Part shown: one piece after another, positions 38,920 through 50,310 of the stretch
Layout of the letters: the number at the start of each line of letters is the position of its first letter
Position numbering within the stretch: the stretch's first letter is position 1
Assembly (NCBI RefSeq): GCF_902652985.1
Contig: NC_047023.1
Coordinates: forward strand, 7,750,001-7,814,000
Direction: 5' to 3'
Length of the DNA stretch: 64,000 bases
From: Pecten maximus
Lineage: Eukaryota
Notes under the pieces: generated by a model
What the model saw: the letters and a program-made list of their open reading frames with translations, nothing else
Databases searched by the model: none
What the model was told of the DNA's origin: nothing
Program-made: the position numbers and the translations under genes

Positions 38920-41900
38920 CTATACACAAATCACACTAAGGCATGTGGACACCGAATCGGTCCTCACAGTCATGGGTATTTCCTCCATTTTCTGATTTTT
39001 GTCAAGTTGTGTGTCACGTGGTGTGTCACGTGGTATATCACGTGGTGTATCATATGGTGTATCATATGGCGTACCACGCTGTCTGTCATTTAGCGCGCCA
39101 TGTGGTGTTCCACTTTGGATGCCAGGTGATATGTGAGGACTTCCAACTGGAGTAGATGAATTATCTGTCAATGTTGTTGATTCTACGGATATGATATCCC
39201 GGGCTATCCCACTAGCCTACAAATACCGAAAATAAAGCCGAGCTGATAAACTGTTACACCATATCGTTATCAAAAGTCCTCAAGTTACGACAGACTAGAT
39301 CAATACTAATGCATTTGCTCCAAAACCATGAAAGTATACCGTTGCATTGACACAAATTCAGCAGATTTTCTTGTTGGATTTTTTTTTTTTTTTTTTTTTT
39401 TTCATTCTTCTCTTGCAAATTGTGTTATTTGATTGATTCGGCTTATTGAGATATTAAGAAATATTGTTTGTTCATATATTGAAATTTTAATAAACAACAA
39501 ATAGCCAGTAGCATCAACTCTGATAACCCTTACCCAAAGATAGAAAGTACCGGCTCCAGCACTGGCTCCCACTGCTGTATCTCTGTCATACTTTTGGAGA
39601 ATCCTGAGTACTTTCTTGGCCAGTGGGATCTTTACTTTTGTAACATCAAACAGTCGAACTCTAACACTCAGGCTGTCACGACCTGTCTTCCTCATTATCG
39701 TCTGAATCTCTTCCCACTCCTAGATATAGAAATAAAACGTTTGATTTCTATCTATCAATATATACAAACGTAAGATAAAGAGTACATTATGAAATATAAT
39801 TATCATATTGATGCTAGAGGAGCATGAAAGGCTTGACTTAAAGTAAACAAATTCTTTTACAATGCAAAGATATGTTCATGTAACACATTTGCGATCTAAC
39901 GTTTTATCAGCCTGTACATACGCTATAATCAAAAAATGATACAATGGAAAATGATTTATAACCAAGAGAGTTATTTATATTTTAATGTATTTCAACAATT
40001 TATTTTTTTTAAATGATTGCAAATCCTTTATTCCAATCTATCTAAGAAAATTACTACAAATTAAAATATCATGAAAACAAAAATCTGTTTTTATATCCTG
40101 TCTTCCGATTGTTGGGGATACTGACTTCTAATGTAGATTCCTCGTCGCCCAACAATAGGATAGGTGGCACGCATTATGTCTACCATGACAGGTACTGGGT
40201 CTTTATACCGATGTAATTCTGATATCGTTCGGGAACTTAATGCCAGCACATCGTGTGAATGTTTCTTCAGAGTTCTCAGGTTCTTTACCATCTTAGTCGA
40301 CTGACGAAATAAAGGTTTCATCTCGTCAGACTTTGGTAGGGTTTTGGAGTTTTCCAAAGCTTTTTCTAATATAGGTAAGCTTCGTCGGCTGAGGCCTTCT
40401 TTAAAGTCTGAAAAAGATTGTACAAAAGATATTAATCAAGCAGCATAAAGAGCTACATCATACAGCTGTTTGGTCATTCTAGGACTCGTCAGTGATGTTA
40501 GGAATATCATACAGCTGTTATGTGCTTCAAGGACTCTTTAGTGATGTTAGTGACATCATACAACCGTTGGTCCTTCTAGGACTAGTCAGTGATGTTAGGG
40601 ATATCATACAGCTTTTGTGTGCTTCTAGGACTCGTCAGTGATGTTAGTGGGATCAGACGGCTGTTTGGTCCTTCTAGGACTTTTCAGTGATATTAGTGAC
40701 ATCACAAAGCCGTTTTGTCCTTCTAGAACACGTCAGTAATCAAAATAATCAGAATGTAATTAACGTATTTTCGTATACTGTTTAAATGTAACGGTTAGTT
40801 TCTAACAGTCATAGATATTAAAAGAAAAGAAAAAGTAACAATCGTATTGTTAATACGTACCTCTCATTAATTTCAGGTAACAATCCTATTGTTCATACCT
40901 ACCTCTCATTGTTTCCAGGTAACAATCCTATTGTTCATACCTACCTCTCATTGTTTTCAGGTAACAATCCTATTGTTCATACCTACCTCTCATTGTTTTC
41001 AGGTAACACACTTGTGTTTTAGCCTTGTCTACCTCTCCGTCGTCAGGCAGATTCAGCACGTTGAATTTGTCTATTGCTTCTTGAAGTTCATCGGGGTTAT
41101 CGCCCTTTATCAATGCAGCGAATAATCGTGTACGTGCGTTCTTCTCCTCAGCATTCTTAAACAGAAATGTTTTTATTTAAAATTAGTACGATATGAAAGT
41201 AAATACTCTGAATTATACATGTATAGACCGAAATATTAGTTAATGATTAGATATTTTATAGGATTTTTTCAAATAAAGCGATAATTTTTCATTAATTTTT
41301 TTTTCAGGAGCATTGATAAAACTATGTTAAGTGAAATGAATTTCATTTTATACTGTATGAGTCCTGTCGATGAAATGTAATCAATATCCTCAAGAAATTG
41401 TTTCTCATATCGTGTCATGGTAACATAATAATACAAATATAATACCTTATAATTACCGATAGTATCAATAATATGCTTTTACATCATTGATTATTATGTT
41501 AATGACTATTCTCACCAACAGAAAGACCCTGTGGCTGCTAGAGATGGGATAAACCGATTACACACGGGGTAGGGAGGGATAGCTGGCTCGCGCTATGACG
41601 CCACTAACAATAACGTAACATCATCATTTTATGTGGCATACCCACGGCGCAAATTGATAACGTAATCAATTTCAACGCACATTTCCATGGGACATTGATG
41701 ATGGTGTGATGAAGTACAGCATAATCAAACATTGGCTTGTACCTTTGACAGAGATATTTCAACCCTGTTGTAAGAATTTGGCTGGTTAGCGCTGGGCAAG
41801 CCTCGTGCTGGCCAGCCAAAGTCTTACACAAGTGTTGGGATATCCTGTCCATGAACGATTAAATTATTCTATAATGTACACAAGACAATGTATGACAATA

Positions 41901-44900
41901 TGACCAGGCGATCTAAACAAATTGCACGTGCAATACATATCTATACAGCTCACCTCGTATGTTCTTGGCTTTTTCTTCGAGTTGAACTCGTCCGAAGTGA
42001 GAAGGTAGTTACAGACCACCTTGTATTTGTCCGAAGTATTCTTTCCCTTAGTGAGAAGTTTCAGACAGAAGTCTCCTCTGTGAGGGGTCGTTACTTTGAT
42101 CGTAAGACTTTCGAACTGTACCCTCTGGGTCACCCCTCCCTTGATAGACTTGTCCGGTGACGTAGCACTACTTAAAACAGCCTTCACAGTAACATTCTGA
42201 GGGACTGAGAACATCATCTCAATTTCCTTCTTTTCTATTACTTTAACCACGCCATCTTTATGAGATTCGGCTACAACTTTTGCGTCAAGTGTCGCCCGAC
42301 AGGGCCCAAACCCTATAGAAGAAACTTCCGGGAAGGGCTCGCAAAGCTGCTTGGCAGATTTACATATGATCTTGAAAGAACATAACCATTCGTACTTCTC
42401 GTCAAGAATTTGAAGTTTGTACACACCTTTGAATGGGAAAGCGCATGCTAAAACGCACTTTATCTCCTTCATTGATGATAACACAGTATCTGGGTAATTG
42501 AACACCAGGAGGCAGTTTCTGTTTAGACTGGCGTTCGTTATAGAGAAGGTCATGAACCAGCGTTATGGGACCGGTACCATACTTTAACACAACATCGCTC
42601 ACACCATTTTCCGTTGTTAGCACACCTTCGGGGGCACTCGACAACTGCATGTTCAGTTCAAAGAATTTCGGACGACAGTAAGGAATTTTTATAAACTTTG
42701 CCTTTGTGAATTTCTTAGAAGACATCTGCCATTTTTCCTCATCTGGTAGACATCTGTAGATGAATTCCTCGGGACTGGTGAGGAAATAGTACTCCTTCAC
42801 GGTCGATATTATCCTCTCCTTCAGTATCTTCTCCTGTTGTTTGTAATCTTCACCTGCATGGAAATATAATAACTTAATATATGCTTTCTTATATTTTGAA
42901 ATAATTGTTCATGTGTAAATCTGTCATAATGACATAGATAGATATGAAACAATACCGGTTACAATAAAGACAATTGAAATAGATTGGTTTCTCGTTAATT
43001 AAAACTAAAACCACTCGGCCACTAAGTAAAGAGAAGCATGATCAAAGTGTAGCATATTGCCTGGTATTAAGCTTGATTTAGAGAGGACACTATAGTATAC
43101 ATGTACAATAGTCAGCCACTAGATAATTTACATATTAGAACGATCACTCCTCAATTTTGTTTGACATTTTACTTTTTATACCGATGTTTTACTCCTTGCT
43201 TTTCTTTGGAATATACTTTGTCGAGAGTATATGATATGGAAAGTGGACTTTTTGAAATATGAAAACCTATTTGACATACAGAAAATAAATATGAGAAAAA
43301 ATATTTAAGTGGTTTAGAACCGCTAGTAAGATGGGTATTCATACTTGTTGGATCAGCTAGAGGAGCTATGCCGGTACTCTTGCCGGCAATGGACCGGAAC
43401 GCCCACAATAAGAACACTATCCTCCAGCCGCCCGCCACATACACTGCATTCCACACATTCCTTAACTTGTCTACGTTATCGTCGCCGACTTCATACGCAG
43501 AGGACTTGGCTACCCCGGGTATCATCACACACGGTACCTTGGCCAGTCTAATAGGAATACAAACGGGATAGAATTAGAACAGGAGGCTACCCGGGATATC
43601 ACCACACACGGTACCTTGGCCAGTCTAATAGGAATACAAACGGGATAGAATTAGAACAGAGGGCTACCCCGGGTAACATCACACACGGTACCTTGGCCAG
43701 TCTAATAGGAATACAAACGGGATAGAATTAGAACAGGAGGCTACCCCGGGTATCATCACACACGGTACCTTGGCCAGTCTAATAGGAATACAAACGGGAT
43801 ACAATTAGAAGAACAGACATCTCTCTTTAAGGTAACTAGATTTACACAAGAAATAAAAAAGGAGGATGAATATGAAAGAGGAATGAAAATGGACAAAGCT
43901 TGTGTGGCTAATTTTTTTTTAAAGAAGAAATATACATGGTAACGTTATGCACGAATAGGATGTTAAATTTCACTGACTATCTACCTATCTGTTCGATAGT
44001 TTTTCACATTCACAAGAAGATATATAAGGGAGGTCTAACAGTGTCTTAATTCAGTAATACCAAATATTTATTTCACAAGTGGCGCTAATATTTTGATACT
44101 TTGTAAGTGAACTTACTATAGGTATTATTATCAGTAGGCAGACTGTTCAACTCTTTCCGTAAAAATCGAGCACCGTAGCATACTAGAAAAACTACTTTCA
44201 ATACAATATTATGACTTTTTATATTCCTTTTACGAAACAATTTCTCAACGATGAATTACATACCGACACATTACGGTGAATATCTCGGCGTAGGACATTT
44301 TGCCAAGGGCCATTCGCCGGAGGTAACCCGTTGGTGATTCTGGGTCGGCGTCATCCGGGTACTGCTGGACGGTGAAGGGTTGAGTGCCCACCCACATAAA
44401 TATGGCCCTAACCTTTAGGATATCCATATTAAAATTACCGGTCAATTCGTCCACCAGCTCCTCCATGGTACTACATGAGTCTGCTGTAACCTACCACGGG
44501 GGAAACAGTTCGTCTAATAGATCAGTCATGTGAGAGTTTAGCTTATCGGTTCATATTTATGCCTTTTGTTTATGTTTAATCACAAAATCGTCATGGCTCG
44601 CAATTACAAACATCACTAAGTCAGGTTTCATAAATCTATATGAAATGAAAATTTACTTAATACACTAAATATCAGATGAATTCGATTTTTTGTTTATTTC
44701 TAAGTGTATCTGAAACATATTTGAAGGTTTCACAAAATATGTTTCTTTCTACTTTTCACTTTCTGGACATAAGAAACAACGCTTGGCCAATTTATGGTTT
44801 ATGATGTAGTTTGAGAACGTTATACATGTATTTTTATCTAATGGCTGAACTAAATCTCCATTAGAACCTAATCATTTAGTTAACGGCGACGATATCAACT

Positions 44901-45486
44901 TCTTTTACATACATTTAAACACAAACCTCCTAAATGACCTGTAATACAGTTGCAGTATGTGTTACCTCTTTGGCGATTAAGTTTGGAACTGTGAAGTCCG
45001 TAATACCGAGGATACCGGGAAGATTATTGGGAGGTGGTACTGGGGTGGGATAGCCAGGCTCCAGTGTGTACAGCGAACGTTTCTAAATCCAAGATGAATC
45101 ACAACATTGAAGCTGTTATTATGAATCATGCTTTTTAGCAATGAAGAACTATTAATTCGTGTGATTAATATATATTGTTCATGAATAATTTAATTATCAT
45201 TATATAAAAAAAAATCCCAAGTAAATTCCAATGATAATGCTGTGAAATTCTGCCTAACAATACAACATTGTATTGATGATAGCATTACCCTAAGGTGGAC
45301 AGTGATATACTCCACTGTTTGAAGTGACACACATACCTTATTTTTGACATTGCGAGGAGGAAGTGCTGCCGTTTCCTTTGTGCCCTGGGTCTCTGAGGAA
45401 GGCTCCTGGTTTTTCTCAGGAGTCCTCGTAGTTACCCATCCTCCTGGCTGTGTTTTATATGTACTCTTTGAAGGACTACCTCCCAT
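38920..45486 (-). CDS. Gene B: KY/Hillarin/LTD-1-like pseudo-transglutaminase with a dynein-MTBD-like domain; two apparent +1 frameshifts (recent pseudogene or consensus errors)
   Basis: Exons 45486-45337 (MGGSPSK...), 45082-44966 (EPGYPTPVPP), 44490-44264 (DILKVRAIFMWV...SYAEIFTVMC), 43547-43345 (VPCVMIPGVAKSSAYEVG...WNAVYVAGGWRIV), 42853-41954 (KEYYFLTSP; frameshift ~42435), 41155-40987, 40407-40126 (frameshift ~40160), 39719-39534, 39216-38920. Confidence 0.8.
40455..40738. repeat. ~49-bp intronic tandem repeat (about 6 units)
   Basis: ATCATACAGCTGTTTGGTC...CTAGGACTCGTCAGTGATGTTAG recurs at 40457, 40506, 40555 and onward. Confidence 0.85.
40858..41008. repeat. 42-bp tandem repeat spanning the 5' splice site of gene B exon 6
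   Basis: - strand unit GTTACCTGAAAACAATGAGAG|GTAGGTATGAACAATAGGATT, about 3.5 copies. Confidence 0.9.
43508..43810. repeat. 77-bp tandem repeat (x4) spanning the 3' splice site of gene B exon 4
   Basis: GGCTACC starts at 43508, 43585, 43662 and 43739; - strand unit ...TTTGTATTCCTATTAG|ACTGGCCAAGGTACCGTGTGTGATGATACCCGGGGTAGCC. Confidence 0.9.
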
Positions 45487-48400
45487 TGTATCGGCATATA
45501 CTCATAATCTGTTGGCGATTAATGAAGTTTGTAAAGGATCACACACAAGGTATCTTTGTTTTCCATTATTACTTTAAAATGTGGTTACAATCCTAAACGC
45601 TACCACTTAAAGCAATTCTTCTTCTTTTTCATTTAAGTGACATTTTTGTTTACTTGTTTATTCATTTATTTATGTTGGAGGATGATGAGTTTTGTCAAGG
45701 ATTACACTTGGAAAGGTATCATTTATTTCATTATTACTTTACAAGGTGGGTAAAATCATAAACGCTACTACTGAAAGCATCATTTCCTTTTTTTCTGTAA
45801 ATAACAAAATTGCTTATTTATTTATTTATTTATTTATTTGTTTATTTATCTATTTATCTATTCATGTTATTATTATTGATATTCAGGTACAGCAACTTGA
45901 ACATCATAATTAAAAAAGAAATCGTGATTCAAACACAAAATCGATTAAACGAGAGCAAAATTTAAACAAAGTTTGGATTTGCAAGAGGAGACCGAGGACA
46001 TACGCCATGAAAAAAAACGGGTCAAAACCGTATCAATTCACAATCTCAAATGGGCGTTAAAGTGGCGACAACAGAACCACAAGGCATATCAACACGTATC
46101 GAACACGCCTACCACATACCATCGACTATACAACTTTCCATGTTCTTTATCAACCTGCGCATTACAATACATGGGAAAGTTAGTTAAATTGAATCTGTAT
46201 TTTAAAACTGCATTCCTTGTACTCCGTACATTCTAAATGTATACACGATTTTTATAATAAAGAATAGTAGTAGGTTAATCACTGTTTAAATGATAACAAG
46301 ACAAATTTGAAAATATAATCGATTTGTTGTTATTCTTAAAGTGTAAGAGTGTTTCATATTATAATCATTATGGTTAATTTGTTCAGAGCACGTATATAAC
46401 ATAATCTTACCTTGTCTGGATTAGCTGGTAGATACTTCCCCATGTTTATAACCAATTAAAGCGGCAAATCTATCATTACCAAATAAAACAATCTTCTTTG
46501 ATCAGTTCTGTACTCGTACATATCCTCTCAAATTACACATGTTGACGACACAGGAGCTATTTAAATCTCATACTTCAAACAAAATGCCCGTACAACATGC
46601 CGGCCACGCTATCACAAAGTCAGGCCAATACTAGGACGGTCAGTCAATACTAAGATTGACCGTTAATTTATTGAGAGGTTAGGACATATACCACTTACCG
46701 AATATACATTTTTAATAAATACATTTTATGTTTTGAGTATCATTTAATATATTTGATTAATTATTTTATTTCATTTAATGGATCCAGTATGTTCTACATC
46801 ATGTCTATTTAAACTGTGGTTTTAGAGTTTAATTTAATCTGAATTATTTTTGTCACGCTTGGTGCTAATTTCTATGTAGAACGAGACCCTAAGATTAACT
46901 TAACAGCTACTTTACCTTTACGGTAGGCATTAATATAATCACTTGTCACGGATAATCTGCATTGACCTATTTACGATCAGTTCATGTTTTAATGTATATT
47001 CCAATAAGGTAAGTCTTCTCATTATAAACCTTATTAACTTGTCGAGAAACAGATCCAACAATTGATGCCGTAGTTTATTGTCATTTGATTTTTCTCTTTC
47101 TATTAAAGTTATATATTTGATATTTCTTAGTTGTCCTGTATATCAATGACTGTATAAAATATGAATTGTGTTGGACGAGCGTAAATATTGTTTTTAAAAT
47201 CTTGTATTTGTGTACTTCGTAATATGTGTATAATGTAAGCTTTTATCCATCTGATTACCCTTTCTGCTTTTAAGCCGACAATGTATGTAAGTAAGATTTA
47301 ATGTCAATTCTGATAGAAGTCAATCTTAGAAAAACATTCGAAAAATTATACACGTGCTTTTTCTCTAAATAAAATCCGTCTTTGTTAATATGTACCTGCA
47401 TACTCACCTTTCTTGTGTTAGATAATTAAACATCCGCATTACTGTTCTACGTCGTATACATTACATTATAGATCATATCATTAGTAGATGACGCTTGCTC
47501 TATTGACCACCTGGTCTTCTAAATCTAGATTTCCGTAAAAAACTTTTTGTTTTTAGCTTGGCTTCGTTTTGTTCATTTTGAATTAGAATTACGTAAGATA
47601 CCATTCGATTAAACAAAAAAGACGAATGTTGGTAAATATCCATATATAAAGACTGGCGATGAAACCTGACTTTACGCCGTCTTTGTTCCGCTAATAGAAC
47701 TTGATTAAGCTCATTGAATATTAAAGAACGAATCTAACGTCCCAAACAATTAATCACTAATAAAAGGTGAGCTAGTTACTATCTTAAAGAAACTTGATTT
47801 TCATTATTTTTCACCTGTAAATGAAACTTATCGTTTGTAATAAAATCCAAAACGACTTCTTTTTCTTTGTATATCTAACCTTTATTAAACCTTATTAAAA
47901 CAATGAATGACATAAAATATATCATAACAAAACTAGAAGATTGAAAAACACATCATAACTTTTTCTAAAATCAAGGACATATTTTTTACATTATTATTTG
48001 TTATTAATTTGCAGTCCATGGGAATTATACAAACATTACAATATTTTGATTGAATGACAACCCCACTTGATAACAACGTTAAAAGGTCAGTAGGTATTTA
48101 TATAAGAAAACGATAGGTAACTTACTCAAGTTATCATTGTGATAAACTAAATTGTGATAAGGTTGAATGATTTTGTATTCCTTTAGGTCTATATATTGAC
48201 CTAGCATACACAGTAACATAATTATAATTTGTTTCCAAAAAGATTTTGACCGTCTATAATATGATATCATCAAAATATAGCGATGCATACGCCTATAACC
48301 GACAGCTATAAACAGTAATCGATTAATAAAAATAGGTATTGTCATCAGAAACAGCAATAAAGTATAACTCCATTCTTTTCCTTATCAAGTATTTTTAATA

Positions 48401-49249
48401 CTTATTCAACAGTTTTAATTACATAAAACAGGTTTTTATACAATGCATATATCAGTGTAATAAGGAGACATCATTGCTAAAAACTAAATTCATTGAACTG
48501 GGGCGTGTTCAATGAATTCGTAAAAGGGAAATAAACCAAGTCTAGTTTTTCCTCCTTTTTCCTTATTTGTATGTACATATGTAAATTCTTAGAACTGCAT
48601 CAATCTCATAGAGTACTACACCAATTCAGAGATGTGAAAGGCTGATCAACAAAATACAACTTCGTTTTGAACAAATTAATAAAGGAAAAAACTAAATGAA
48701 CCTCAAAAACCGAACATTATTTTCCATGTTTGTACAGGGTGCAATACAGATGTTGCTACTTAAAACACATTTTGCACAACGTTTATACATAAACACTGTA
48801 AAATATGAAGACTTAGTGTTAATGTGGTAAAGGTCCGGAGATTCATGGACTAATTTGACACATAGCAATGACACATACATCTAAATTACACGTTTTCCCA
48901 TTCAAAAACTGAATTAAAAAAAAGTGAAAATATTATAGTCTGTTCACATTTTCTTTACATATTTACATCAACATCAACTTATGATTTATCTTTTTATTAT
49001 GACTGACATCACGATGGTAAGCATTGCATAGGAATTGAATTGTAATGTTTTCTTTTTTTTAATGATAACATGTAGGTCCGAAACAAGCGAAGAATAGTAT
49101 AACTATTGACATTGAAAGTTTGTCCTTTTCAGATAAACTATATACAAGTATTTGAAACATTGGAAACTTGTGAGTTCGTCTCTAGATCATTATACATTAA
49201 ATTACTTTTATTCTTTTACATATTTATATGTTTGGTAAGGTTTTCTTTG

Positions 49250-50156
49250 TTTGCTTTTGTATTGTTTAATATCCTGTCAGCAGCTATGCTTATTTAACGA
49301 CTGCTTCCAATGTGTGAGAGATGCAGGCATGTAGTTTATGTTTCTGTTTTGGGAGGCTATGGCATAAATGTGTTTTGGGAGGCTATGACATAGTTGTGTT
49401 TTGGGAGGCTATGACATAGTTGTGTTTTGGGAGGCTATGACATAGTTGTGTTTTGGAAGGCTATGACATAATTGTGTTTTGGGAGGCTATGGCATAGTTG
49501 TGTTTTGGGAGGCTATGACATAGTCGTGTTTTGGGAGGCTATGACATAGTTGTGTTTTGGGAGGCTATGACATAGTTGTGTTTTGGGAGGCTATGACAAA
49601 GTTGTGTTTTGGGAGGCTATGACATAGATGTGTTTTGGGAGGCTATGACATAGTTGTGTTTTGGGAGGCTATGGCATAGTTGTGTTTTGGGAGGCTATGA
49701 CATAGTTGTGTTTTGGGAGGCTATGACATAGTTGTGTTTTGGGAGGCTATGACATAGTTGTGTTTTCGGAGGCTAAGACATAGTTGTGATTTGGGAGGCT
49801 ATGGCATAGTTGTGTTTTGGGAGGCTGTGGCATTGTCGTGTTTTGGGAGACTATGTCATAGTTGTGTTTTTGGAGGCTATGTCATAATTGTGTTTTGGGA
49901 GACTATGACATAGTTGTGTTTTGGGAGGCTATGTCATGGTTGTGTTTTGGGAGGCTGTGGCATTGTCGTGTTTTGGGAGGCTATGTCATAGTTGTGTTTT
50001 GGGAGGTTATGGTATAGTTGTGTTTTGAGAGGCTATGTCATAGTTGTGTTTTTCTCCTTGTGATAGCGCAAAACATATGTCGAATATCGTGCTACCTCAT
50101 TGTCGACTTTCAGCAGGACACCTCACCCGGTCACATTATACGGACAACGGACAAAC
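49250..50156 (-). mobile_element. Bivalve SINE-like element whose interior has expanded into a 26-bp minisatellite
   Basis: Flanks TTGTATTGTTTAATATCCTGTCAGCAGCTA... and TCTCCTTGTGATAG...GTGCTACCTCA...CAGCAGGACACCTCACCCGGTCACATTATACGGACAACGG resemble a widespread bivalve SINE (from memory, not searched). Confidence 0.5.
49345..50052. repeat. 26-bp minisatellite GGGAGGCTATGACATAGTTGTGTTTT (about 27 units)
   Basis: Period 26 (49351, 49377 and onward). Confidence 0.95.
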
Positions 50157-50310
50157 AGAGAATGAAATGAACATACATAGATGGTGAAATAACATATTAC
50201 TGTGTATGATTCCATTACGTACTCGTAGAAACTTTCATATTTCCTTTAATTTCAAGAGTTCAACCTACTGAAGTATGTTTCGAAACTTCTAAAGGAATGA
50301 TGATGTTAAG

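Noticed and set aside
46411-46443. ATG-initiated mini-exon MGKYLPANPDK with a GTAAGA donor upstream of gene B
   Set aside because: Spliced to the next acceptor it is out of frame with MGGSPSK and stops soon after; at most a 5' UTR or uORF exon.
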